From Lingula anatina (Eukaryota; Animalia; Brachiopoda): a stretch of DNA of 64,000 nt. A model generated the notes under the pieces. It did no database searches. It was not told where the DNA came from and saw only the letters and a list, made by a program, of their open reading frames with translations. Numbering within the stretch: the first letter of the stretch is position 1; every line of letters starts with the position of its first letter. Both the position numbers and the translations under genes were made by a program. The stretch is from positions 682,001 through 746,000 of the forward strand of contig CM120641.1 of the NCBI GenBank assembly GCA_051362555.1, given 5' to 3'. Positions 1-13,100 of this stretch are shown in pieces.

Positions 1-1190
1 GTATAATTCAACATTGAATTATCACCTGGCGCTGTTTACTCCCAAAGGAAACTATTTCGTAACATCAGCGAAGATACATAGAAATCGTTTGTGAAGAAAG
101 ACTCCAACATTAAACAGCGTGTTTTCAGCGATATTGAACACGCGCAAGATTTTTAAAATAAACTTTTCATGTAACTGGTTATAATTTCCCCAAATACGTA
201 AATGCTCAACTGTTGTTACGTCTACTTAAAACCACACAGTGTATTATTTCCTATTAGTGATCTCGGGATATTAACGGCGTTGCATTATTTCCTTTATTAT
301 ATGACCTTCTGTAATAAAAAATTCCGTATTGCCATGTAACGATCATAAACTGTCACAGCATACGTATATACCAGTATTAAAATACAGAGTGTCCGCCCTT
401 TATAAGATACATACAGGGCAGGGTTAGCTGACGTAAGAGGGTGAAAATCTCGGACGTCCCCGAATCCTGTATCACAAGGGATTTTTTCGTTTGTGATCCC
501 TTGTTTCTGTCTTTTCACATGGCTGGAACTTTTAAGAAAAGTCAAAATGTTGATTTCATGTGAAACACCACATTTTTGTCACGATGTAGGATAAATTTAA
601 CAGGGGGTGAATGCTGGAACTCTTTTTCTTTATTTTTTCCCCTTTTTATGTTGTTTTATAACATTTTCAGTGCATCAGGATTTTATTTTGCGACCAATGA
701 GGCCAATCAAATCATTTATCAGAATGAAATGAAGATGAAAATGATTAGACTTTTGTTTGAAATTTGGATTTCAAGATCAGAAGCAAAGTTGTTACGAAAC
801 GACCCTCAAAAATTGAAAATAAGCGACATTTTATTTGACTACTAAAGGCTCGATTACGTACGTGACCTTCTCTAAGAGAGACAATCTTTTCATTTTTCCA
901 AAACAAATGACACTAGCATCCTGAAAAACGCTTATTTCAGGAAATTATTCACGCTAAACGAGACTGCAATAAGGTTAAAAGGCCAGCGTTGCCAAGTCAT
1001 AATGATCTGTGTATTTAGCCAATTTTGTTCATTTCTTCGTTTATATTAGCATTTTTTGTGATAAAAAACACAATGATAACAATGCTCATGTCTCAACTAC
1101 CGCAATGAAACCAACCTGCTAGCCACGAGCTCCATCTGGCGGAGACGGAACGACTGAGCGGGAAAGGAGTAGAAACTTTGGACTGCAAAA

Positions 1191-4100
1191 ATGACATTTA
1201 TTCGCTGGGTCATTTTCTGCCTTTTGATATTCACAAAGAAAAGCAGAGAAACTTGGAGGTAACAATTTAGTAAGAATTTGATTAGGATTTTTTAAAGTTA
1301 CGAGTATTCAAAATTGAGCGAGAAGATTCTGAAACCACCTGGCATCCTAGCGCATCAATATCTTTTTTTTCTTAGAATTTATCGGAAACTCACTGAATAC
1401 CAGTGTATTTAATAAGGACATGTGATACTCATACTGTTTTGTTGTAAAAGATGTGGCCAGAACAGGGATTAAAAATGCTAGTTCAGAAAATGATATCATT
1501 CAACCACACTTCATGAATTGAATTTCTCAAATTTAACACTGCCAGAATTTACTGATGATTTATGGTGATTTCTGTTTATGATATTTTAGATATGGTAATG
1601 AAATTGGGCAATCAGAACTTTTCAACACAAGAAATCCAGTAAGTAACACACTCTTGTTGATACTTTCTGTGAAAATCTAGACCTTTAAAGTGTACTCCAT
1701 CATTTTCTGCCAATGCTACATAATATAAACATTGTACTACTACAAGGCTGGTTCTGTAACATAAAAATTTGCATGATTGAAAACAAAAAAATCTGTAGCA
1801 GTAGTGATTGATTTTCAGTGAATCTTTTCTTTGTGATTTGTTAGATCAAGCTAGAGTATTTGGTTGAACAAGATGGAGTAGAGATAGAATGGCACATAAA
1901 TGGAAATTGCGTTGTCTCTAACAAGAGGTAAAAATGATTTATTTGCATAAAAATAATAAATCTAGTTTTCTTCTTCACTGTCCATATTTCCTCTATATGG
2001 GAAGTTTTGAAATGAATTCATTATGGCTAAATCAGTGAATAGAGGGGATTTTTATCATTTGAATTAAATAAATGTGAACATTTATTTATTATCTCTTTAT
2101 AAAACATTTAATTATATATTTGACATATTTAAATAATTTTTATTTCTTGTATGACCTGGCTCAGGTTAATGTTATTTATAAATAAGGAGTGGGAAAGATG
2201 CTTGAGATAGAAATAATTTTACTTATAGCTTCTGTGATAGTTTTAGTGCTTTTTTCTCAGTTCTCAAGTTGCCTCCCTGACTTGCAGTAAACCAGGACAG
2301 TATAAAGTAGATCTTAAGGTAAGGGACTGGTTTTTAATGTTAACCAACCAAACTGTTATTTCACTACCTGATCAGGCAAACATTTTTGAAGTAAAACTTA
2401 ACTTTATAACTTACTGCACTTATTTGTAGTGAAAGAAATAAAGATTTTGCTTTGTTTTATGATAATGAAAAAGTCATTATTGAATGTTTCTAGCTGAAGA
2501 TTATTGTAAATAGAAGAGGGGATTTTTCTCATTTCCTACATGCTTCTCAGCCTTGTAAACTGCTGTAAATTAACATTTTCTTTTATCTTCAGTTGAACGG
2601 CAGCAGCACAGAGGAAGCAGGCCGCTATATAAATGTTCAGGCCTACCACGCCTGTTATCGATGGTACTTGGTTAAAAGCGATAATCAGTAAGGGTTATTG
2701 TCTTATTGATTAAATAATAGTTTGGAATTTTTTGTGAGTCCTTTTAAATTAAGAAGACACATCTTTAACTAGTTTCAGTAAGTTAGATATGGAGACACGA
2801 ATACTTTGACAGAACTTGAAGTAGAAAAAAAATTAATAGCTGATTGGTATCCTTTGACTACATGGGCCAAGCTTGTGTCTTATACTATAGCAATGTATTT
2901 TTCCCTTTTCACAATATTTGTAAAGTCACTGGTACGTTTATTGTTGAATTTATTTCTCTTTTAGATCTTTATCTGTTTCAATTCATCATGAAAACACTGA
3001 ATCAACATCAGACCATACCATGGCAAGTAGAGCAGTGGATTTTTATTGTGGCCCTAATTTTAGTCCCTGATTTTTAATGTCTTTTTATTAGTCTGGTTTA
3101 AGTCACTTGTGAGGAAAATCATGCATAATATGTTTGCATTGAAATGAAGATATACATGTGCTTGTAGCTTTAGGGACTGTTTGTGGGATTTTGGCTCGGA
3201 ATTTTTTTCTGGTGTTATTTAAATATTTAAAGTGATTGTCATCATTAGATTTAATGTCTTGTTTATGTGTTTTTAAAGGCTTTTTTCATGACTTGTCTAG
3301 TAAGCAGTTATGATGTTATCTTCATTTTCACTTTGTTTTAGAAAATCAATAAAAAATAGTTTTTTCAAAACCTAAAAATATGATGAAACAGGACTTTCAC
3401 TCATGATCATAAATGCATTATACATGTACAAAAAAAAAAGACCAATTAAAACATCAAAATGGCTAAAATCTTACAAACAGTACCTCTAAACTTTTGACAT
3501 TAATTTTTGTCATACTCCTTTACTTATAGAATGAAATGTCACATTCTTCTGTCTGACTTCAGGATATCTACAAAGTATGGGTTGTGAATGATCAGCATGT
3601 ATCTGCCAGGGAAAGAAATGGTACAGCCCAGATCCCCTCAGCAGTAAGTATAAATATTGTCCATACTCAGCCCAGATCCCCTCAGCAGTAAGTATAAATA
3701 TTGTCCATACTCAGCCCAGACCCCCTCAGCAGTAAGTATATATATTGTCCATACTCAGCCCAGACCCCCTCAGCAGTAAGTATAAATATTGTCCATACTC
3801 AGCCCAGACCCCCTCAGCTGTAAGTGTTGATACTGTTTATAGATCCTCCATAGATGTTAAGAATGTGATTCGAAATATATGGTGTTTTCATTTTAGTTGT
3901 TGAATGATAAATATAAACCTTACAAAAAAAGAAAAAAATGGAATTAAAAGGATTAAAGATGACAAACTACCTTATTATTTAAAGAAAATTTATTCTGGTG
4001 GACGACTGCATGTCAAAAACCTCAAAAACCTATCCCATTTCTTATGACCCAAGACAAGGTAAAACTTGCATCTTATTTAAATAAACAATTCTTAATTTTC

Positions 4101-7100
4101 CAGAAATAAACAAAGCAAATTTACATTTCACGAAATTTGAATCTGACTAGCTTAATACCACGCTTTAAGTACAAATAGATAAAAAAGTTTGTTTCAGAAG
4201 ATGGACATTTGTTAAAAAAAAAAGTTTTAGCTAGCAGGATACATTGTCACCACTGAAGTTCTCAAAATTCAATACCAATAAATTGACAAAAGAGAAACCA
4301 ATAAACAAAGAAATTTAATGGTCTCAGATGTAAAGTAAGTTAGTCACCAGTGTACATAATATCCCAGCCTTACTCAAGGTATTTGAACTTTTTGACAATG
4401 TGATGGTCAGAGTCCGCCACATACACATGCCCGTCATTGGTCACTGCTATCCCCCTGGGCCAGTGGAGAGGGCTGCCTGTGCTTTCAATACACAACACGA
4501 ACTGACCGTTGCGGTCAAATACCTGGACTCTGTTGTTATACTGGTCTGCCACCAGAATATGGCCGCACTGGTCAGCTGCCACTCCCTGGGGCCCCCGGAA
4601 CTCCCCCTTTCTGTGCCCCTTCTGACCAAAGTTGAAAAGGTAGTTCCCCACCTCATCAAACACGTGGATGCAGTTGTTTGAAGTATCTGAGACCACGATA
4701 CTGTCGTCATCCATGACACACACACAGTTAGGGCCACGGAAGTTTTTTAATCCTCTTCCGCTGACTGTTTGTATTTGTTCCCCGCTGGTGTCCGAGAGGA
4801 TGTAGAGACACTTTCCAAACAGGTCAGCCACTATGATCTGATCCTTGCTGTTAATAGCCAGGTGCATCCCACACTGGAAGGGTTGGGTGGCCATGCTCAC
4901 CTGTTCTCCCGTTTTTGTTAGTTTTGCGATCGTGTTCACACACCCTCCCAGATGCTGGTCTTTCTTCATCAGAGGACAGATGAGCATGTCGTCAGAACTG
5001 CAAACAGCAACCCCCACGGCGTTGTAATCTTTCAGATCACCGTCCAGTTTGAAGTGACTCTTGAAAGTTCCAAGTTCGTTGAAGATCTGAACCCGACATA
5101 GCTCGTCGACTACGTAAACATCCCCTGTGAGGTCTACTGTGAGGGTACGAGGAAAGTTGAACAGCCCAGGTTCTTTTCCTTTTCCGCCAAACCAAAGGAC
5201 AGGATCATTGCTCTGTACGTCAAACTCAAACTGACTTCCTCGTACTGTAGTCTTGTTGTCAATCGGGTTGACGGACCCGTAGTGCATGCCTGAAACCTGG
5301 GGCTTGAAGTGAGCAGTGTATGTGCCGTCTTCATTGTCTTGAACAGCACACTTGATGACATCATTGTATTTGTCCCTTATCTCGACTTCCACTGGGTAAC
5401 CAGATAGTGCCACCTTGCTGCTGCTGGAGAGTGTTATGTCCGCTGTGGACGTGAAACCTGCTGTGGCGGGAACCGTCTCAACCTGGACCACTGCCGGGAG
5501 CTGCTTTTCGTCATGGCGGACTTGGATGTATTCCTGGGCAGACGACACATACTCTACGCAAGGACCGCTGTCAAACTCGATGTAATTTTTCCCAGAGTCT
5601 GTGTGGGTGTTGTTGTACTCCTGGACCTTGTTTTCCAACATTTTGCAGTGTGTTGTTGCCATGGTGACGAGGTTTGGGACGTCCAAGTCTCGTAGCGCAG
5701 CGTTGTATACTTGTACTGTGCTGTCCATACAGAGGATTTGGCTCTCACAGGAATCTATGTGCTGGTCAAGATGTTTGGATTTCTCTTGAAATTTCTCCTG
5801 AATGGTGGTGGTGACTTCCTGGTGTTTTTTCTTTATGACCTGTAAATAATAATATTACTGTAACTTCATAGGCTGTAAGTAAAATTGATCACTATTGCAT
5901 AAGTGTAGTTATACATTTTTTCACACCTTATCTGATCAAAAGCATAACAGTGGGGAAAATGTATTTCCTTTTTAACTTGAAGAACATATTTAATTAAATA
6001 GATATTATATAGTAAAACAGTTGAAAATAAGTATTAATTACCTCTATCATTTTAGCAAATATTTCGTCAGCTTTCTGCAGGGCTGTCTTCTTCACACTTG
6101 CCAACATTTCTTTCTCTGCCAGCACATCTTCCACATGCATCTGCTTATCACTCACCGCCTGTTTTACACAGACGATATCTTTGCGTAGTTTGTCAGCCAT
6201 AATTTCTCCAGCTTGGTATATGTCGCAGATGTCATGGTCGCTGTGGTTGACCATCGTACCTGATTCTTCAGTGGCTGGAAAGTGGTTGAGTTTTGTGCCA
6301 CTTGGTGCAGATTTCGTGGTGTTAAAAGATTTTTCGCTGCTAGTTTCATTTTCATCATCAGCGTCAGTTGTATGCTGACTTTGATGATCGTCATCTAGGT
6401 CTGTCCCATTGTTGCTTTCTAATTCTTGATGACGTAGGTTGTCCGAGTCGACACTTGTTGTGCTACAATTGTGTTGAGAAATTTCATTGGTTGTGTTGAC
6501 ATTGTTGACAGTTGTTGCCCTGGTAACTGCATGGGAACAGATATCGCAGACAGTTTTTTGACAAGTTTTACAAAACCCCGTAACGTCCTGCCCTGGATGC
6601 TCTGAGCAATGGACTGACTGAGAGCCAACATTTCTACGATCTGAATTGTTGATTGTTTCAATCAACTCCACCAAGTTGGTCTTTCCTTTAAGCTCTTGAA
6701 TATGTGAAGTATAATCAGGATCTTCTCTGTTACGGAACAGTAACAGTAGGGAGCAGTCTGGACAGAGCTCGTGGTCAAATGGCAGGTGTGTTAACTGAAG
6801 GTGCTGGTCAGTGTCTGAGAGGTACTGTGTTGTACACACCTGGCACACTGAACACCCCTCCTGAATACAGCTATTGTCTGGGCTGTCCATTGTGGGCTGA
6901 AAATAGAATTGTTTACTGTCATTGGTCAATAAATTTAAACAAGATGAATATTGATAAATTTCCTCAAACTTTGTTTTGTTAGTAATACTGTAAATTAAAT
7001 GATTCAGAAGTTTTTAAAAGTGATTTGGCTTTGTGACAGAAATTATGTTATTGTATAACATAAATGATTAAGTTTGAAAAAATTAGATATTTAAATAAAT

Positions 7101-10100
7101 TTTGAAAATTTCAAATAATTATGGTATTATTTGGAAGTTGACAGCCTGGTGATTTTTTGGGCGGGGGGGGGGGGGGGGTCACAATAGCTGTTGTCAATAT
7201 TTCAACATTGGTTCACATTAAAACTTAATTTATTGCACCTAAAAAATTTTAAGTTTCTATCTTCAGACTTTAGTGTTACTGAGAGGCAAAACCTTCACTT
7301 GGCCTTGCTATTACACTCTATTGTAACTGCCCAGATAGCATGTCTCTGGTGGGTTTTCATGTATAGATGGCGGACCAGTATGTATATATGTAGAACAAAT
7401 GACAGCTTGGATTTAGTTGAACGCCCTGTGTACAAGCTATCTATCAATCAATACCCCACACAGTCCCATCCCAGCCAATCTATTCAGTTTATGAAATTTA
7501 ACTTTGATAATTTCTGCCCCTAAGCCTTGTAACTAAGGCCTATCAAATCAGCTCTTAACAGAAATCAACACAGAAGTTAACTTTCATAGAGGCTATACTG
7601 ACTCACATCTGGTACACTAATGTAAATCCCATTTATACACTCCAGTTATATTTTAAATCCCTGAACTGATTTATTTCAGCATGTTCTCAGTACAGTATGC
7701 CTGGTGTAGCCTGCTTGTTACCATGGCATTTGTCATTAAATGATAAAGTTGTCAACGAGGTAAAAAGCGTAACCCACCTGTTCTGTGCCTGCTGCCCTGT
7801 ACCTGTGTTAACGTTGCTATGCAGGGAACATTTGTAGACTTATCGATGAACTTGAGATAAGAGCAGCCAATAGTTTGTGCTGAGCAAGGGAAAATCAATA
7901 TGGCTAAACACTTAAAAGGGTTGCAGTCTAAATCAATAAGTTATGAAAACGATCCGGGATCAATCAATAAGCTGATGTGCACATAGATTATTTTACTAGG
8001 GGTGTGGGACTGTGAAGTGCAATTTTTCACCCATTGGGCCATGTCGATCTAGCATGTGATCAAGATTTTTGATTTTTACCACAAAAATTGGGTCATGCTC
8101 ATTAAGTTGAATTATTGTCATGGCATTATAATTTTTATCATATCAGTAATGTATGGTTAATAAACGTAGCTATTCTAAGTGTGATTTTTTAAACAAAAGT
8201 TAATTGTTAAACTAAGGAAACATTTTAATGTCTATATTTCATAATGTTGGTGCAAATGTATGCAATTTTAGGCATGTAAGAAGTACATCAATAAGTTAAC
8301 AGTCATTATTTTAAAGTTTTTTTTCAAATTCTCATCTCTTTTCTAAATAAATTCCTGCACAATTTCCAGTATTCCCAAGTCCTAAGCAAACAATTCCATT
8401 ACCTGGGCCAGCAGCCTCATGTTCAGTTTGCCCTGCAGTCCAAACATATGCCTCACAGAGAGGTCACCTTGCGGGAATTTGACCAGAACTTGGGGTGAGG
8501 AGTGTATTTTTCCCTACCTCTGGAAATTACTAAAACTTGGTTTTTGTTTGAAATATGAAGAAAACCTTTTTAATGAATCAACTTAATACTGTAAGATATG
8601 TTGTCTGACAAGTTTAAAAAAAATGGGATTTTTTTTTACTGAAGTATGAATAAAAGATTATCATTAAGATGATTTAAACTGAAATGGAATTATATTAAGC
8701 ATCTTCAATGACAGTGAAGAGGTTTGCTACTCTCATTCAAGTCATTGTTTTCGTTTCTTTTTTGCATACAGGATTTGGATATTTTCAATTTCTTCCCACC
8801 CTGAAGATGTACAAACAAGCTTTAAGATAATTGGCAAACGACCAGTCGCTGTTTATGAGTGCTTCATAGAGTATGTAAACATCACTTGATTTTATTCCAT
8901 TTTATTTACTTTTAATTAACTTATAATTACTTTTAAATTTTCTTTTCGCAAAGATAAATCCAAAACTTTGAATGAAATTGATTTTCTTTGTATGTAGATC
9001 ATTAATATGTAGAATATATGAACAATTATTTCATTTAATTTTTTTAATGCAAAGATGAGAAATTTTGTGGGGAGATCTTTCCATAGTCAGACATTTTATT
9101 TGTATATTGTTTGTATTTTGTAGGGACACATTTATTTTGCAACCAGAAGAGAAATACCAGATGATGAGAGAATCAAGAACAGAGGTATATAATTTGTTTT
9201 TCTTCATTTAAAGGTAAAGAACCTAAATTTTTGTATCAGAACAGTGCATCATATGTGATTGTAATGGACTAATAGTTACAAAATTAAAATTTTGTTATAA
9301 AACCTTGAAAGCAAACCTCAATTTCTTTTTAGGACAGTATTTTCACTGCCAATAAGATCAAGCCTAGGATGATAAAGGTAACAAAGCAGAGGAAGGTCAC
9401 TGGTATTTGTTTCCTTGAAGCAAAAATTACAAAAGAAAAATGAAAATGGTTTATAGTAGGGATCTGTTGCTTTAAAACAGCAAGAGCTTATGAAAGAAAT
9501 GTGAAATTTCTTTTACATATATACCAAATATGCCTAACTCTGTAGGGCCTTTCTCGCTGCCTACCACTCTCTAAAAGTTCTTTCATATATATGGCAAGTA
9601 GATAACACAATATTATATCACATTACAAATTTATATTGGGTAAAAATTTGAATACAGCCAACCTCTGACCAAGTAAACATGACCATGAAGATAAAAGAAC
9701 TTGGTGAGAGAAGAGGTCCACGTCTTCATTTTTGCACACGTCCTTATTTGTTATTAAATCTGTCAATCTATTTCGCCATTTTGATCTCATTATGCCGACA
9801 TTTCTCTCCCTTTCTCCCCCAGGATCCTTGCATGCAAAATGTGGCTGTAGTTTTAGCCAGGTAGTCTAGCTGGTTGTTCTCTTGGGCAGGAGTGTCCTTG
9901 TGTGTTGTTCTGCTTAATGCTAATTCCATTTGTACTGTATATTTGGTTATTTACTTTGTATTCATTTTATGTTATTGTTTGGTGCTGTTGCTTCTTTATT
10001 AAATGTTTTATATTGAGGAAAATACTTTGGAGAGGTTTTTTATTGTAATCCATGTAAAATGAAGGTTAGCATTATTGTTTTTATTTTTAAATTTTTTCAT

Positions 10101-13100
10101 ACACAGCAAATAATTTGAAGCACAAAAAGTGCATTTTAAGTCCTGATCATTCTGAAACCATAATATGGATATTTTATTACATAGTGTGCATGTTTGTTGT
10201 TTGTGTATTGAACTCTATTTACAGTTTTATTACAGTTACATCTGTATGAATTTAATAAAAGCCTATTGTATTCCAGGGATGAGCTGTTATTGTCCCAGGA
10301 TAACTTTGCCAGTACCCAGCACTTGGGTGTGCCTGCAGGATTTCAGGTACTCCATTGTGTTGGGATGTTCCCCTGGCTCTCCTAACACAATCCATATGTT
10401 AAAATTACTGCACATTACTTGATTCCATCACACTGGTGGACAGGGGTATTCTGAGTTTCATTCCATTAAAGTTAATCTTGTTTTCCTACATACCCCTGCA
10501 ACCAGCAGGTAAAAAAAGCTGATGATCAAGTAAGAAATGGATAATTGGACAATTTTGTCTTTTTGACACCTGGAACAACTGAAATGATTTGGAACATATT
10601 ACGTTTTGTTCTGTGATGTTTCACAATGTGTTAATTTCATGTTTGAAAACATGTTTTAATGTGGGTGATCTTGGTGAATGAATTTAAATATATATTGAAT
10701 TTTAATTTTAAAGGCAATAAAATAGTAGCATTGGTTCAAGTAGTACAATGCAATTTTGTAGTCAGGAGTGTCCTCAAGTTATGAATTTGTAGACAAAGTA
10801 CCTTTTATTGGTTCACATGCACTTTTATATTTCTTGTGATGCAAGATGTTTTCCATTTTACGAGCAGAATTCTTGTAATAGTTATTTCTTTATAAACGGG
10901 GAGGTCTGGCAGAGGTCACTAAATGTCATAGCATGCTTTTCTTCCCAGCTCTTGGAAAATGGTCATTTGAATAATTTCTTTCATATGACAGCCTGGTATC
11001 AATTCTTATTCCAATCTTAATGATTCCTTGCCCAGGAGACCAAGGGTTATTACTATAAAGGATATTGATATCATTTGATTTCTCTCAGGGCGGCCGGACC
11101 ATTGATTGGGTGACCTTTATAGATGATCATATTGTGCTGCTGATAAATGGAAGTGTTTATCTCAGGGGGAAAACAAACGAATCACTCCTGGAAATTGAAG
11201 GTAGGTTTTGAATTGATGAATTCTATAAAAACTTGAATTGTGGGAGATATGGATATCGACAATCAGCTGGTTGTGACTAATGCTTGTGTCAATTTTTTGG
11301 ACGGGGGGGAGGATTTGACTGTAATAACCCGTGATTTAATTGTATAAGTTTGAGAGCAAAAGTTAATCGTGTTTATAATGTCATTCTCTGTGTGACAATA
11401 ATTAGGTATAGAATATAAATATAGAAACAAGACTTCTAACCTTTGCCCCTCAAATTATTTTGAAATTGTTCAAAATGAATTGAAGAACTTAAATCTCAAG
11501 GTTTTTATTGACAAAAACGAGAAATCTTGAAAATATTTTGGAATGTGCAATGATTTGTAGACAAAATACTATTACCACCAACTTTTAAATCATTGTCTAG
11601 CATCTTTTTGTTCTAAACCAGATTTTTTAATTAAGCCAATGCACCAATAAATAAATAAAGCTGTTACCAAAAATTAAAAGAGAAAATATCCATTTATAAG
11701 GCAAATGCATAAGTGCATTTTAGTAATTAAACGATATATTGTTTTGTAATGACAGGTTTTCCAGGTGACATCTTAGGTATCAGGGGCAGAGACACCTGCA
11801 GTGAAGGGGTGTTAGCACTGGTAAGTATCACACAGGTAGACAGGGATGGAGGGTGAGGGTGGGGGGTTGAAGAGACACCTGCAGTGAGGGGGTGTTAACA
11901 CTGGTGTCACGTCGTTAGATACTAATACAAGAATATTTATAATTATTGTTTTATTATTCTTATTCTTATGTAGAGACTTTTCTATATTTTATTTTTTCCA
12001 GAGGGAGAACAGCCACTTTGTAGCCTTCAGTAATACCAAGGTGTATCTATGTACTGCTAGTACAGTGGAGGAGTTAGAGTGGCCACAGACACTACTTCAA
12101 CTAGAGAACCTATTATTACAGGATCCACAGGTAAGACATAGGAACATATGACTACAGTGTTCATTATATGATCTTATAGTTGTATTATCTGTGTACTGCT
12201 AGTACAGAAGCAGTTAGAGTGGTCTGAGACACTGCTACAACTAGAGAACCTATTATTACAGGATCCACAGGTAAGACATAGGAACATATGACTACAGTGT
12301 TCATTATATGATCTTATAGTTGTATTATCTGTGTACTGCTAGTACAGAAGCAGTTAGAGTGGTCTGAGACACTGCTACAACTAGAGAACCTATTATTACA
12401 GGATCCACAGGTAAGACATAGGAACATATGACTACAGTGTTCATTATATGATCTTATAGTTGTATTATCTGTGTACTGCTAGTACAGAAGCAGTTAGAGT
12501 GGTCTGAGACACTGCTACAACTAGAGAACCTATTATTACAGGATCCACAGGTAAGACATAGGAACATATGACTACAGCAGGGTTCTGCCAAGGTCTCAAA
12601 AAAGGGGGGAGAATTCTCCCCTCTGAGCTTAAAAGTTGGGGAGATTTTGAGAAATAGTGGGAGATCAGGAAAAAATGATATTTTACGTAAAAACATACAC
12701 TGCTAGTCTGTGCTGGTATTTTATTAAAGTTCACAAACTGAAGTGATTCAACTTTGAAAGTAACTTTACATAGGCTGTATGTATATACAGTTGCAAATGA
12801 TTTTTTTATAAAGCATCTGCCTCATTATCATAGCGGAGCCAAGAATAATCTCTTAACCAATCGTGTTGAAATTTCTGTGGCACTACTTTCGGTTTCTTTC
12901 TTTCAGGCCCTTCGATGGTATTTGGTCTGCAGACCTAAAATTGAAGAAAAGTTAAAATTTTTCCTACTTACAAACTTGTAATTTCTGGAACCAGACAACA
13001 CAATCCAAAAGAATTTTTAGGTTTTGATGATTAATCATGACTTAATTAACACTTTTATCAGGAAAAATTGCATAATAGTGTTTGGGAAGGACATTTTTAT

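Noticed and set aside
1-980. Possible transposon end or gene upstream of CATSPERE
   Set aside because: No partner terminus, TSD or credible ORF is visible within the window.
4400-6982. Plus-strand and alternate-frame ORFs overlapping the TRIM gene
   Set aside because: Shadow ORFs of a GC-richer coding region; CATSPERE exons 7 and 8 join in frame without them.
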